Source of the DNA: Lama guanicoe
Taxonomy: Eukaryota
Assembly (NCBI GenBank): GCA_013239625.1
Contig: MU053557.1
Coordinates: forward strand, 4,184,123 to 4,248,122
Length of the DNA stretch: 64,000 nt
Direction of reading: 5' to 3'
Within the stretch, counting starts at the first letter, position 1; every line of letters begins with the position of its first letter. The position numbers were made by a program, and so were the translations under genes. Of this stretch, positions 12,516 through 28,669 are shown piece after piece. The notes beneath the pieces were generated by a model. That model worked only from the letters and a program-made list of their open reading frames with translations, ran no database searches and was not told the origin of the DNA.

Positions 12516-13916
12516 AGCCTCCTACCAAGTTGTTCAAGCTATCAGTGTTTCCTCATATCAACCCCAAATCTGGTTAATCATTAAAATCTTCATTCAAAAA
12601 TAAATGTGAACACTGAAAGTTCAAGGCTAAGGACTACGGTTAATTTAAGTTAACAGTCACTATCATCTAAGCTTTGGTGACCACAGAAATACACCAAAGA
12701 TGGTAGCAAATATTGGTGCTTTCATATTTGTTTGATTTAGGAGTGAGCATCTGGAATATACTCTGTGAAGGTTATACTTAAATGTAGTTGATCCAGCTTT
12801 GCCTATAACTCATCATAGGTGGACGTGGGGCAACTGGGTCCTTCACTGGGTCTCACTGTCCTGCTCTATCAAGCACTAAGATTTTAATATATATTATTCT
12901 AATGAAATACAATTAATGATGCCTGCAAAACAAATACACTTACACACACTGCCAGCTCAAAGAAAATAAAGATTTTTCACTAAGTTAAATATCTCTTGAC
13001 CAAGAAAGCAAATTCTTTTTGAAAACTAGATAATCATTTAAGTTAATGATGCAATGGAAACCTAAGGCACTGACCTCAATTCAAAGCAAAATTGTTTTTG
13101 TTCGGATTCCTGCCTCAGGTGAAATTTTACATACAGACAACATGGGGCTATCAATAGGGATCTGCAGTGAAGCCCAAGAAAAGCACTAATGAAGCCAGCG
13201 GGAGCCCACACAGCCTGGCCATGGACGCAATGCAAGATTAGAAATACAAGTAAAAGTTCACAGAGGAGGGAGTCTGCTCTACTTTGTGTAGGTTGCCTGG
13301 GTCCAGCCAAGATTGTGGAAACTGTAGGTGGAAGATCAAAAAAAGGCCAAAGCAGGAAATGAGCTGTAACTTGACAGAGTCACAAAAGAAAACAGAAAAA
13401 CATGAAACATACCAGTTCTGAAGAAGGAGCTTGGAAAATGTAGCCTGTTTATTCAGAAATGAGGTAGTTGGTAATATTAAAACATTTTTAAGCTCTGAGG
13501 TATTTCATGCTAAAAATATCCATTATAAATAGCCAGGTACAAGAACAGACAACAGACAAATTGAGTGTAGGGAACTAAACTTGTTGGTAACTTGGGGGAA
13601 AACAGAGAGAAAGACTTAAGACATTTCCTCAGGACTAGGTAAGGCAAGGACAGGACTTGTGCAGCAGAACCCAGCGAGAAAAATATGGAGGAAAAGCCAG
13701 AAGCTGAACTATCTGCACTGGCAAGATGGTTTTAAGTCACTTGCCCAGTAACTGATCAGCTGGTAGCAGCTGCCTCAAAAACTGTACATGAAATCATAGA
13801 ACCAGGACATGGGAAGAAAAGGCGATAGATTGGTAGTGTTTCCAGTTGGGGTGAGGGGTGGGGTAAGAATGGAGAGTCATGGCTTATTCATTTGTTGACC
13901 CTGGAACATGTGTTCT

Positions 13917-14247
13917 AGGCCTACATTGTCCATTATGGTCGCAACTAGCCACACACAGTTACTGAACATTTGAAATGTGGCAGGGTCCGAATTCAGATGT
14001 TCTGGAAGTGAAAAATACACATTAGATTTTGAAGACTAAGTATGAAAACAAAATGTGAATGATCCCACTAATAATGTTTAATATTGATTACATGTAGAAA
14101 GAATATTTTAGATATGTTGGCTTAAATAAAATAAATTATTAAAATTAATTTCACTTTTCTCTTTTTTACTTATTTTTTAACACAGTAGAAAATTTTAAAT
14201 CACAAAATTTGTGGTCCACATTCTATTCCAGCTGGACGGAGCTGCTG
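13917..14247 (+). mobile_element. MER33 (hAT-Charlie) DNA transposon
   Basis: ttgtccattatggtcgcaactagccacacacagttactgaacatttgaaatgtggc...aaaattaatttcacttttctctttttac...ctggacggagctg. Confidence 0.85.
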
Positions 14248-15169
14248 TATAAAGTTCCTTCCTCTCTCTCCAGCTATGACACTGGAGAAGACTGACTTAG
14301 CTCTCACTTTCTTATCTCAAGTAGAGCCTGTTTTCGGACTAAATGAAAGAAGACTACATTGAGACTCAACAGCTGCTGCATCCACACAACTCACACCCAC
14401 TTGGGAATATACACTTACTTAGAAGAACAGTCACCACCACCTCCTCACAGGTATTCCCACTTACCACATATGTATACAACCATATCTGTATGTGTCAAAA
14501 TAATACCAACAAGTAGGGAAGGAATATTAGCAGAATCACTAGTTACAGCGAGATTTACATTCTACTGTCAACTGCAATCATTTGTTTGAATGAGGGAGAG
14601 TCATTAGTGCTTGTTAATAAGAAGAGATTCTTTGAAATTCAAGAGTGTTGGAACTTCATGTCTTCATTTCCTAGCAAGAAACCAGTTCACTGAGAGGTGA
14701 TTCTAGCAATCATCAAGAGTTCCAGGGCTGAGCATGAAAACCAAGCTTATGCCTTGGAATGAAAGCCTCTAGTGTGATTTACCAACCAGCACAGTTGGAT
14801 CTTACTCTCTCAGCTGTCTTCTCTGGACTTTCGCTCTCTCTGAATCCTAAGAGCCACCTGATCCTTACAGCCTTGTCAGTGCCGCTGAAATCTACCACCT
14901 GGCATACGCATTTCTCAGTATCTGCTAATTGCATCTAAGTCCTCATCCAAGCTCTGTTTAGTCAATCCATGGTGACATAATAATTTTACGTAATAATACA
15001 ATTATACATGATTTTGCATAATGGTACACTCTTCAGTGAACAAAACATTTCCTTCACAACTAAATTTAAAAGAACTCTGACTGATGAAGTTAGTCTCCTG
15101 TAAGTAAGAATTTTGGCCCCAGTATCAAACATCTGTACTTTCAGGCTGTTAAGCACTCATCCTCTCTTC

Positions 15170-15680
15170 ATTTGATAAAAGAATTCCATTACCCTGGGGG
15201 AAGCATCTCACTCTTTCTCCAGTCCATGTGGTTTGGACTGAGCCTCTTCTCCCCCATCTCATCTTCAAAGACAGCACAGAATCTAGGCTGGCCAATTATC
15301 ACATTTAAGTCTCCTGGAAATTTCAATAGAAATATAATGCAAACCACAATGGCTGAAAGATGGTTACAGGGGTGCAAACTGGTCCAATGGACTTGACTTT
15401 GAGCCTTTGTTGGAACTATTAGAAAGGAAGACCTATGTTTTATCTGCATTAGAAGCTGAAAGGATGTAAGCCTGAAACTTCTAGGAACTGTTACATAGAA
15501 AGGCCCTGCTTAAGAGGATGGTAGAGTAAAAAGAGAGAACAATTTCAAGGATCTTGTTTGAGGCCCTGGTCCAGCAGGTTGCACTCTTGAACTTTTCAGT
15601 TTGGTGAGCTAATAAATTTTCATTGTTGCTTAAGCTACTTCAGATTTGCTTGAAACTGGAAGAATCCTGCTAATGGCACT
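15170..15680 (+). mobile_element. MaLR LTR (MLT1J/K-like)
   Basis: ccagtccatgtggtttggactgagc...gaacttttcagtttggtgagctaataaattttcattgttgcttaagc...gaatcctgctaat. Confidence 0.65.
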
Positions 15681-16569
15681 CTTCAAATATTTATCCACTA
15701 CATGGATAATCCATAGTTTTCCTATATTTCAAGGGCAGCTTCTCATGAAGTCTCTCCTATTGATGTAAGCTCACTCTGAATTCTCCTTTTATTTTGTCCT
15801 TTTCAATAAGTGGTCTGCAGGGCACATTATCATTATTAGAACTTGGATCCAGTCCATCCATAATCAAGGGAATTCAAAGGTCACTTCAATACTTCATGTT
15901 GAGTTACTGACAATACTCAACATCAAGTCATCCTTACTGCTCATTTGGATTATATCCCAGCTCTGGGCTCTTGGCTTCTGTATGGATCCTGAGATCCAGC
16001 TGCCAATTTGCATTCCAGCTTTGACTGGTATCCAAATGCATCCCTATGTTTCTGACTGTCTCTTGTAATAATTTCCCCAAATCCCAGTCACCTCAGCATT
16101 AGAGGCAGGTCTACCTGACCATTCTTCCTGCTCTAGGAATTGTAGATGGATCCCTGGTACATTTTGTGAAACTTCCCTAAAGACAACAATCTATAAGGTT
16201 TAAAATGATCAAATTTCAATGCCCATTGCTGTCATATAAATTATTACCATTTGCTGGATTTGCTGATGCCAGCTCTTCTTTTATCATCTTTATGGACTAA
16301 TCTTTCCTTCATGTACCTATTATGTTTCCCCATAACCAAATCTATCCTTATGGATAAATTTATCTTTAGAGCTCAGCCACTTCTCACCAAACTTAAGTTA
16401 GCCTTTCCAAATATCCCAGCCTAGGACAAGCACCTAGGTTTTACATCATGCCTCTCTACTTACATTTTGGTATTTTACAACATCACTGTTACCATGCTGA
16501 TAATACTTTTGATACTCCTGTGTTCACATACTGTCCCAAGTACAGTAAAAACAAAAAAAAAACCCATAA

Positions 16570-16790
16570 TAGACTAAAAATCAAAACATCTGGATTCTAA
16601 TCTTGGTTCTGTCATATGCCATTGGTGTGAATTTAAGCACAAAAGAATCTTTAATAGTCTCTCAAATTTTCATTTCCTTTATCTAAGTTTGCTTAATAAC
16701 ACTTGCCTTATTTTGCTGGATGTGAGAATTAGATAACAATGGATGTAAAAACACATTGTGAGCTTTGAAATACCATGTAAATAAACTATT
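16570..16790 (+). mobile_element. MIR SINE
   Basis: aaaatcaaaacatctggattctaatcttggttctgtca...tgtgagaattagataacaatggatgtaaaaacac. Confidence 0.7.
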
Positions 16791-18204
16791 AATATGAGAT
16801 CTTATCACTAGCCAGAACTGTTATCTCTTACTTCCTTTCAACTACAAACCACCATACACATTGTAGACAGTCAGTGAACACCTGTCAGTTCAAATATGTA
16901 TGAAATTACTCCTAAAAATCCATGAGTAAAACAAAAGGGAAATGTCTGCAAATGAACTAAGTAGCAGTTAAGGGAGATAAAAATGTTGAGAAAAAAAAGA
17001 AGTGGAAACCTGTGGGTTGTGAATGAGAGTAGAAGAGCTGGACAGAGTGGAAAGGCAAGAGAGAAAGTGAACCAGGGGAGACAAGGCAAGTGGGATGCAA
17101 GATGACATGCCAATGACACAATGTAGGAGAGGAAGAGGAGGAGAGGAAAAGACAGAGGGACTGGGGAAAGGTGACAGAGCAGAAAAAGCATCAGTCATTC
17201 TTAAACCAGAATTATCTGCTTGGGAAACCCAGGGACTGAAATGGAAATGGGCTCTTGCTCTCCAGTGGCTTTCAATTAGGTAGGAAAGAACTGGCCATCT
17301 GAAGCTGTTGCAAGGAAAGCCAACCAGCCCAGCACGGAGTCAGTGGCTGAACCCGCCTACTCTGGGGGAAGAGATGGGGACAGCAACTGGACAAATGAGG
17401 AACCAGGATATTGAACAGCAGCACAGAAAATGAAAGAGTAAAGGGGCAGAGGACAAACTTCACAGTCTATAAAATAAAACCTGTTGCCAGACTTAACTAT
17501 TAAAATATTGCATAATTTGACACCATCTCACCACGATTGCTTTTCTTCACTGAAATACCTAATAATCTGGATTGAATTGATTGCCAGTTTAACCAGTCAT
17601 CTGGACATACTTAAAAAGAGGACTGGAATTTTCAAGCAGAAGCAGGTGTCTACGCTCTAGGATGCTGCAGTGGGAATTCTGATACGTGGGAGAGGCTTCA
17701 ACTCTCTTAAGGTCTCTGAAGGACTGTAATTATGCTAACATTCTAGGTCCTCAGCTGATCTCAGTCTCATCTGAGGATGGAAAAAAGAGGACAAAAGTAA
17801 CACAGCCAGCAGATTTCTTATTAGAGATGAGGAGAACAAGGCCATCAAAAAGAAACAGAAAGCCTGTTGAAAGGGTCTTAATCTCCCTGGAGGGCCCTGA
17901 TCACAGGGCACATGGGCTCCTCTCTCTGAGATGAAACAGGCTCTCTTTCTCAGAGCTGGCCGTCTGTATTGTGCCCCAGTGGCACAAGGCACTGTTGATA
18001 AAGCACTTAGCATAGCATTTGGAACAAAGGAACTATTAGGAACTCATAGTTGTGGTAGAAACAGTAGAAATAATAGAATTAAGAGTAATAGTTGGAGTAG
18101 TAGAATTTGTAGAAGTAAATGAGTAACGGTGGTCTTAGGACTCGGTGTAATAACACTGGCATCAGTAATGCACTACCGTGGCACAGTGGTACCGAGGCAG
18201 CTGC

Positions 18205-18450
18205 CGTACAGGAATCAGGAGACCGAGCTCAGGAGTCAGACCTCCTGGGTTTAGATCCTTGGCTCCAGCAGGTATTAGCTGTAAGAACTTGGGAAAGTTA
18301 ATTAATCTTCCTATGGCTCAATGTGACTACCTATAAAATGCAGATGATGAGAGCACCTCTTTCATAGAATTGTTACATGGAATAAATGAGACAATACTTA
18401 TATAGGGTTTAGCATAGCACCTACACTATTGAGTGCTCAACACCTATTAG
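18205..18450 (+). mobile_element. MIR SINE
   Basis: ggagtcagacctcctgggtttagatccttggctcc...cttgggaaagttaattaatcttcctatggctca...gagtgctcaa. Confidence 0.8.
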
Positions 18451-21400
18451 CTAGACATAGCACAATGGTGTTGGGGGTGGCATCACTGCAAAAGAGTCCT
18501 ATTCCAGGTAAAGGATGCAAAATAAAGGGGGCACCTACATTGCCACTAGAGTTCTCATGCCATGAAATGAGTAAACAGCCCCCTCCCCAGGAGACATCTT
18601 TTCAACTTCAAATAGAGAACTGGTGTTCTTCCCTTCTTCCTATTTCCTCTCCAAATCCCATAGCCTCTAACTCCATAACCGTAAATGAAATTCAGGGTAT
18701 GAGGGGATGGAGGAGAAGTAGAGGTGGTAGCTGTTAATATCTATTGGACGCAAACCTGTCTGTGATCGCCTTTCAGTGATGATGAGATTATGCCTAATGA
18801 GTTATAAAGTGAAATATAAAGGCTTTCCCAATGTTAGTTAAATTCCTCCAACACTATAATATGCCAGATAGTGTGCTAAATATCAGCCACATGAAGTCCA
18901 ATCAATGAATAACAGCAGTTTGTACACAGAGGTCCAGGAGCATAGAGGGGAGGTCTGGAAGGCTTGAGGTTCTGTGGTAGATTAAGTCTGAATTTGAAGT
19001 TTGAGTAGGAAGTTGACAAAAGACAGGGGATGGGCATAATCAGACATAAGCTATAGAAAGATGACCAGTCATCTGCCACATGGATTGGAGGTAGGACAGC
19101 CACAGTCAAGAAAGGAGTTTGATGATGATGACAATCGCTCAGAAAAGCAACGGTGAGGTCTAATGACAATGACAGAAATGACAGGAAGGGAAGAAGAGGG
19201 TTGCAGAGTCAAGGTTACATAATTCTAAATAAAACAGTGCTAAAATTAAGCTGGTATAAAAAGGTTACTAGTTATTTTTCTTTTTCACAGAGTAAAACCT
19301 CATCAGTTCAGCATAATTGGATAGAAGCATGTCACAATTAATCAAATATGAATTACAAATTTTTTTTAAAAATATGACTAACCACTTAGGGTTTTTTGAC
19401 TAGATGAGATATTTTAAATACCTTTCAACCTCCCTGCTTTTAATTAGCAGCCCCAATGTTCCTGCAAACAATTAAAGTGAGGTTCTTAGAAGTAAAGTTT
19501 TTTCCTAAAGTGGGTTGAACCTTTTTCTCTTCTGTTTTTGTTCCCACAAATGCTTTCCGAATTCCAAAGCTGATCTTTACCCACAGCCACTCCCTCTTTC
19601 ACTAGTGTAGAAAGTCATAACCCTGACCTCAGGCTGATTGCCCAGACAACTGACCTGGGAGGCCTATAAAATCTCTCAACATGCTAGAAGACTGGCTAGC
19701 TGCTACTTCTTACCATCAATTAGAAGTGTCAAACACGGTAATGTGAGCCCATCAGTAACACAATCATAGAAAATAACATGTTTATAGTTACAAACAGAAA
19801 TCGGGCACAATTTTCCTGATTCTTAGAATTCTCTGGGGCAACTCAATTTGTTTTCAAATCTCTGTCAGTGATGCAATGACAAAATTAAGCTCAATCCCAA
19901 GACAAGCCACCAAAACATCTCCTTTTAGGGAGGGGATTTTGCCCTGCCCACTACTAAAGCACAACAATGGTTGAAACCCTTAATTATTATAGCCTGTCTA
20001 AAACTCATACTAAATCAATGCACTATTTATTTTCCAAATATCATGCATTTCTTACATCATAACCCTCATGAGTCATAAGTAATTTATTTACCATGAAAAA
20101 TACTAGACTCAATTCCCACTATCACACTGATTAGAAACGAAAGTACAAAGGAAATGATTTAGTATTTCCAGATTACCTAAGGGTGTATACAGCAGGTTGC
20201 TTGCTCCCATAAGCTTTCTGAGTTTAGAAATTCAGTAGGGTCATAGTTGTAACTTACACACATCCTAATTGTGCAAAGCTTCCTTATTACTTGCAAGTTA
20301 GAGAGTGAAATAATCCCTGAACAAGAAGGAAGAAGCTTCATATAAAAGCAGTGTCTTTGATGTTGCTATTTGGGAAGCTATGTTCATTCTCCCCTTGTCT
20401 AGCAGATCGTTAGAGCTTTTGGGGTCAATTTCTATTCCATTCACTCCATCATGCAGTAGATGGGATCAGAATCTTTCCCCAAACATCTCCCCACTGAGCT
20501 CCACATCAGTTTAGCCAACTTTCTATTAGATGTTTATCACCAGAATGTCTCACAATTTTCTCTGTCTCCACCAGCTCCAAACAATGCTCTATTTCTCTAG
20601 GCACCCTACTCCTCCACAGTTACCTTCTAAATGTCCTCCTCCTCTTTCCCATGTAGTTAGTCACCTTCTACCATAAATTCTATCTCCTAACTTCCTCTAG
20701 AGTCTGTGTCTTCTTCCTCTTATCCCTGCTCCTGCAATCTTGGTTCCAGTCCTCATCCACCATCCCCTGGACAAGTATAACAGTGTCCAGCCTCTCTGAG
20801 CCCCTGACTCCTGGCATCCACCGTAATTCAGCCTGCACTCAGACAGAGTCATCCTCCCAAAATATCTGACATGACTTTTCCCTCATCTGTGTAGAACAAT
20901 TGTATTTTTAGGCCTTCTATATCTAGTTTTCTTCATTTACTTTTACCATTATTTTTCAAATGCTGAGAAGTTGCCTTTCTTTCAGATCTAAAAAGTGACT
21001 TTGTAGTGCTGTATTATCTACACATGGACTTTTTCTTGTATTCAACTTTCAAGGGTTTGAATTGCAATAATCACACATAATGAACAATGGTGTCATTTGA
21101 GATAAGGTGAGGCTAAAAATGTCAGTTACATTGTTGATAGTGAGGCCTTACAGAAAATATGCATCTATATCTGTGATGCACAAGGCATGACAGTATTGAA
21201 CATTCAAGGCTGAGCACTTTGTATAAAACCTTTTGCAAGCACTGAGATTAATAAAGCCATTATAAGTTAAGGAGCAAGTGAGTGGGCAGAAGAGAATGGA
21301 AAAAAAGATTATTCTTACAGTTCTTTAGAAATGCAAATAAGAACATTGCCTGAACATCATTACCTGACTGATAAAATGGTAATCACTTAACAGGTATTTA

Positions 21401-21829
21401 TTTAGAAACCTGTTCCAATTGCTTAACTGAAAAAAAGTTCTTTAATTCAACAAAATCCTATTTGCTAAATGGTAATAAAACAAATCTCCAGGGAGAAAAG
21501 AGCAGGTACTAAATGTCATAATATGGCCTATAAAATTGGAGATGATTCTTACCACTATGTTCAAAATTTAAGTGATAAAATAAAAAGCCTCCAAGGCTGT
21601 GGTAGGCAGATCGAACTCCCTGACTAGCTGGACGCTATGGCTGTGAAAGGTAATGTAATGCTTTCTTTGCAGACAGTAGGAATCATTATCACTCTAATAA
21701 ACTGGAGAACGCTCTTCCTGCCCATAGGCACTTGAGTCAATTTTTGAAAACCTAGAGAGGCCAAACAAGTATTACCTGCCAGGCCTTTAGTTTGGGAACC
21801 CAAGTCTTAAAATGTAGAGTAACAGACAC

Positions 21830-22312
21830 TCTACAACACAGAAATCTTTGCACAAGTAAACTGTGAAACTTAACAGACTCTGACATCAAGCAAACTTGGG
21901 TGAAAACACTGTCTTCACTTCTTACTAGAAACGTGGCTTTGGATGATGGCACTCATCTCAGTCGGAGAGGGTGGAAGCCTGAAAACTACATTTTCCACAC
22001 TTCCTTGCCCATTAGCTTCTTATGTTTTCCAAAGAGGATGCTCAGAATGGGAAACTGGATTGTGAGAGGGGACAAGAATCGTTTTTCTCCAGTATCTAGA
22101 GGTGCCGTTAGCAGTAAGAGCAGCAGCAAATGATCCTTAAGCAACAAAGATGATGGGCTCGCAGCAGATCCATGAAGCTTCATGACCTCTGGTTAACATC
22201 CCTTTCTTCCTGCCCTTTCAGGAAGCTCTGTGACCAGTTCTCTGCATTAAACCTCCCTTTGCTTGAAATATATTAAGCAGCCTATATTCTCCCAACTGGA
22301 CATTGATAGACT
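21830..22312 (+). mobile_element. ERVL LTR (LTR16/LTR33-like) remnant
   Basis: ggaagcctgaaaactacattttccacacttccttgc...cattaaacctccctttgcttgaaatattaagcagcctatattctcccaactggacattgataga. Confidence 0.55.
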
Positions 22313-23334
22313 CAGAAGCAGAAAGAAACAAGCCAGAGGGGTTTTCCTCTAAACAAGGATCATCAATCACGGGATGCAATGTATATAAAGGAGGGCTGGC
22401 TTTACTGAATAGAGCACAAGACTGAGTCAAAAAGACACAGAACGGAATCCTAGATCCTCCAATTGCCAAACAGGAGTGGATCCACGTTCATGGAAGCTGC
22501 AGAGTAAACAGTGCTGAACAGATTAGAGAGTAACAGTGGTCTCATCCCAATTATGCCACTTATCAGCTCCCACACTGAAGGTCTTCGATCACCTCTGGGA
22601 GCCTCAGTTGCCTCAACACAGAATGGGCACACTCAGGGACAGATGGTCAAAAAATTTAACACTGATTAATAATGTCAGCCAATTAAATGGGCACTGAATT
22701 TAAGCAAGCAAGAAACTGATGGGGTGCAGAAATTAATTAGCAGTCCTAGGGGTCATAAAAATCTCTCATAATTATTGTGATCACTAAAGACAACATTTAC
22801 TTATTTGTTCATTACATATATGTCTGAGATACTATGTCAACAGTATTACTACATTACTTACAATCCTTATTAAAAAAACCCATTTTCAGATGCCAAAATT
22901 AAGGTTCCAAGAGATTAAATAATTAGTTTAGAGTCATATAGCTAGTAAGTGGGAAAGCCAAGACGTGAATCCATAAAATTGAATTTCCCAAACTGTGATG
23001 CTGCCAGTTGAAATCATTGTGGTATATGCACTTTGCAAGCTGTATAGTGTAACATCACGTAGAGGATTGCTGGTTTAGTGCCACAACCAGCAAATTTCAC
23101 ACACTGCAAGAAACCACTGTCTTAGAAATGTAAATATCATCCTTCGCCTTGAGGTCCCCTTGACCCCATGAAGCACAGAGGTTTCCACCACAGGGTAAGT
23201 ACCAGTTCACAGTCACTGTGCTCCTCATCTAATCTAAGGCTAACTGAATAATCACCACTGTATCAGTCAAGCAATAAAGCTGAGTATTAATCTCATTTAC
23301 ACTTCTAAAGCAACATAAAAATAACCTCTTTTAA

Positions 23335-24900
<1,566 letters not shown>

Positions 24901-25040
24901 ATTTTTTAAACGTTCATTTAAAAATGTTAAAAAAATTTTACATTATCTAGTTATACCTAGAACATGCATTTCTGGACCTTAGTTCACTTGTATAGTACTC
25001 TTGTGAATTTATTAATGAATATTTTAAAATTATGTAATAT

Positions 25041-25346
25041 TTTCTTTTTTCCTTCTAGTGATATTGACATATAATTGAAATACAGCACTGTGTAAGTTTA
25101 AGGTATACAGCATAATGATCTGACTTACACACATCATGAAAAGATTACCACAATAAGTTCAGTGAACATCCATCATCTCATATAGATTTAAAATTAAAGA
25201 AATAGAAGAATATGTATTTTTTTTCCTTGTGCTAAGAGCTCTTAGGATTTACTCTCTTAGCAAGGATGAAGGCAGTTAAAAGATGCAAAATTCCAGTTAT
25301 AAGATAAATAAGTACAACATGATAAATAGAAATTACCCTACTGTAT
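25041..25346 (-). mobile_element. Short 5'-inverted L1 3' UTR insertion, nested in an older hAT-Charlie-like element (~24940-25555)
   Basis: 25045-25262 is an antisense L1 3' UTR with its T-tract on the left; 25263-25346 (ggatgaaggcagttaaaagatgcaaaattccagttataagataaataag) is the upstream part of the same UTR in the opposite orientation. Similar flanks taatattttcttt / taatatttttcttt. Confidence 0.65.
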
Positions 25347-27582
25347 AATATTTTTCTTTAAATAAAACTTTAAGTAAATGTATTTTAAAAGGAAACTTTA
25401 TTTCACTACTATCAGTGGCAAAATAGTATTACTCACCACCAAAAGGTTACCCTAAAATAAATATTTACTTAAAAATAAAACAGACACTCATATACCACCT
25501 AAAATCACTATGTATTATTAGTGATCCATGCATCACAATTTGGTAAATAAATGTCCTTTATTATGGACACCCAGAGGCTGGGCTGAGAAGGAAACAGGTG
25601 GAAAGTCTGTGGCATTTGCATATTACTAATATTGTGGGTAGAGAGGAGGAGTGGGTGAGGATGAACATATGTTGATGGGATCAGGTTAGAAATCTAAAAG
25701 AGAGGATGGTCTAGAGACAAGATTCTGGGGAGTGATATTATCATGTATCCTACACTATGGTTCCACAGCACCCAGGAGATCAGCTAATGTTCATTTAATT
25801 GAATTGTATTCTGCTATTCAAATCCAATGCTGCTATAAATAAATGTTGAAAAGCTATCAACGTTAGGGATCATACTATCTGAATTATCCGAAAAGAAGTG
25901 CATTTTTTACCAACTGACCCAGTTTGATTCAGTGTCTGAATCTTAAAATAATTTCATAAACTTACCACCATTGACACTGCTCACTTTCAATTAACAAAAA
26001 ATAAAATGGAGATTTTTCTAGATTTCACTATGCTTTCTCTGTGCAAATAATATCACAAACTTTCAGAGGGAAATTAAGCATGTGGCAACAGGCTATAACT
26101 CTGTGTTAACAAGTCCTAAGTCCCTGCACCAAGTCAATGTGTTGGGTAAATTAAAAAGTTCACAGTGCTTCTATTGTGAATATTTTAGTGCTGAATACAG
26201 CATCTCTGTGTATACCTAGGTGTACTAAAGCATCACTGATTTGAGATACATGTAGCACAACGACTGGCTGATCGATAACTCTGTGTTGCATACCTACCAT
26301 GTGTCAGGGATTATTCATGAGACACATTCTACCCTTAAGGAAACCCTAGGCTGGGGTGATAGTACATCTTTGCAACTCCAGTCACATTACACTAGAGTTT
26401 CTGTCAAGATATTCGACAGCTCTGTTTGTCAGAGTGTTCTCCTACATCAAACACAGAGGCACAGTGTCCCTGATCTATTCCTGAAATGTGCTTTCCTACA
26501 GGTCTCAAGTGGAAAAAAAAAAACAAAACTGCTCCTGTGACTACACCAAGAATGTATTTTTTGAGGTTTTCCAGCTATTGATATCTATAGGTAATCCTCA
26601 GCATCAAAGGCCAACTCATAACATGTAAGTCTTATTGAATAGAATTTTCTTCATATAATTTGGTTGTGCCAAATAATATGTAGCAAGCCTCTAAAAAAAA
26701 TCTTCCCTAGGAGCCATCCTATTATTTGATCTCCAAGGGTTGCAGGAAATTACAGGAAAACAAAGCAACACAAATGCCACTTAGCTCTATGTAACTATAC
26801 CATACAACCATCATGTCACGATGACCTGGTTGATAAGAAAAGCGGCAAACTAGAACCTGTTATAAAAAGCTATTCAAATGTGTATCTGAAATTTAGAGGT
26901 ACAGAAAAATATTCTTACACTATTTTTACCCTATTTAAATACATCTTCTTTTTTCCTATTACAGAGATGAATATCTATTTGCACTTAACAGCATCTCCCG
27001 TAATGCAGATTGTTAGTATGGGCATCTGGAGACAATTATAACTGTATTATACTTATCATTTAAACAGAAATTTTAAAGCATTATAATCACGATTAAACAC
27101 TCATGATTATATACGAAATGCTGAAGAAAATCCATATCTACTAGCTTTGTAACTCTACTACAACAGACTTTTCACAGGCCTTGTAGTTCAAATGACCATA
27201 ATTGATAGCACAATATATATACAGAAATGTAACATACCTCACATTAGCATCAAGTTCGTCCATTACAGGAACTAGGCATGAGTGAACTGGATCTCAGTGC
27301 CCACAGGGTCCTATAATGGGGGAGTAAGAAAGAGGTTAGACAAGAAGGCAATGTAGGAAAATACAAGTCCCTGTTAAAGGAAAAAATGCCAAATAATCAT
27401 TGCTTCCTACTTATTAGGACTTTTATAGGGTGTTGGGAAAGTATTTAATAAGCAATACCACAGCAAAAAGCTATGGGTATGCTGAGATATGGCACAGCTG
27501 AGTGTTGCAAAAAGTTTCTTTACATTTGACTAATCTCCTGGAGATTAAAACATACAGGTATTTCTTTTTACTCCACATTTAA

Positions 27583-27856
27583 TCTATTTGCTATTTTTTA
27601 CTCTTCCCAGAAACATAGCTTATTTATATGCTCTGCATTAGGACACTAGCTATTGAAAATAGGTAACTATATTGTTGTGGTTAAAACAGTATACTGCCTA
27701 AAATAGTCAACCATCTTTTTTCCTATGAGGATTTTCAGGTTGGTTTTTTTGTTTTTAAACTCTTTTTGAGGGTAGGTAATCATATATTTCTTTGAGAATC
27801 TACTGAACTCTTGAGAACCCTCTTTCCAGAAAAATACAATAAATGTGCGTGCACAC
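27583..27856. repeat. Left arm of ~270-bp inverted duplication
   Basis: 27583-27739 aligns without gaps to the reverse complement of 28832-28988 (139/157 identical); similarity continues with small indels to ~27856. Confidence 0.95.
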
Positions 27857-27930
27857 GCATATACACTTTCTGGGGAGCCCACAATTCCTGGAGGCCCCTC
27901 CATGAATTTCAGGCTAAGAACTCCAAACTG
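27750..27930 (-). mobile_element. Short hAT-Charlie-type MITE
   Basis: tttgagaatctactgaactcttgagaaccctctttccagaaaaatac...gtgcacacgcatatacac...caggctaagaactcc resembles old Charlie MITEs. Confidence 0.55.
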
Positions 27931-28669
27931 AAGAGGAGTTAAGTTTCAAACTAATGAAAGTTCCTCTGGCATAGACCTTCAGAAGATCTTACACCCTTTA
28001 ATGGATGAGCACTCACTGATCTACGCCAAGGCAGCACTCTTAACTGGCTGTGCAGTTTCATTTTTCAGAATGCCTATGTTTTTCACTACACTTTCCCACA
28101 ACATGGTGAATCAGAGAATACAGGGGAAGAGTGAGGTCTGTTTCTTTTGAGGTTACCCTAAGCAAGTCCCCTTCTCTTTCTGAGCCTCATCATCTGCTTC
28201 TCAGTAATCAAAAAGGATGGGAAGAGATGATCTCTGGGTTCACTTCCAGCTCTGAGATTCTATAATTCCATCTGCTGGTTTTCTAATCAAATCTTACCAA
28301 GGAGAAACTGTAAATCTATTTATCTACATAACAGAACCAGGAAACTCAGCCCGGACCCTTGGATTCCTTGGTCAGTGTGAACCACACATATATGTCTGGC
28401 AGCCAGGAAGAGACTGGCAGGCCACCAGAGCTGGAAAGGATGTAGACCTCTCTGTGTTTTTCAGTTTTATACTTTAAAGCCTCTAAGATTAAAATGGGCT
28501 CCCATGGGCATTTCCGAGTCTGTGGCAGGTGAGAGGAAGGCTCCGTCTACAGGACTCAATCCCCTTCCCAGACCTCAAGCAAAGCAGCTCTATCTTTTTT
28601 ACATTTTGAGTCTGGAATAACTTTCTATTTGAAATACATAAGTACAAAGCCCTAACTACTGAAGTGATG

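Noticed and set aside
18045..18200. Periodic AGT/AAT-rich stretch
   Set aside because: Decayed trinucleotide simple repeat next to a MIR; no coding or array structure.
26801..26856. Possible 56-nt minus-strand exon (ataacag|GTTCTAG ... ATG|gtatag)
   Set aside because: Weak donor and no independent support.
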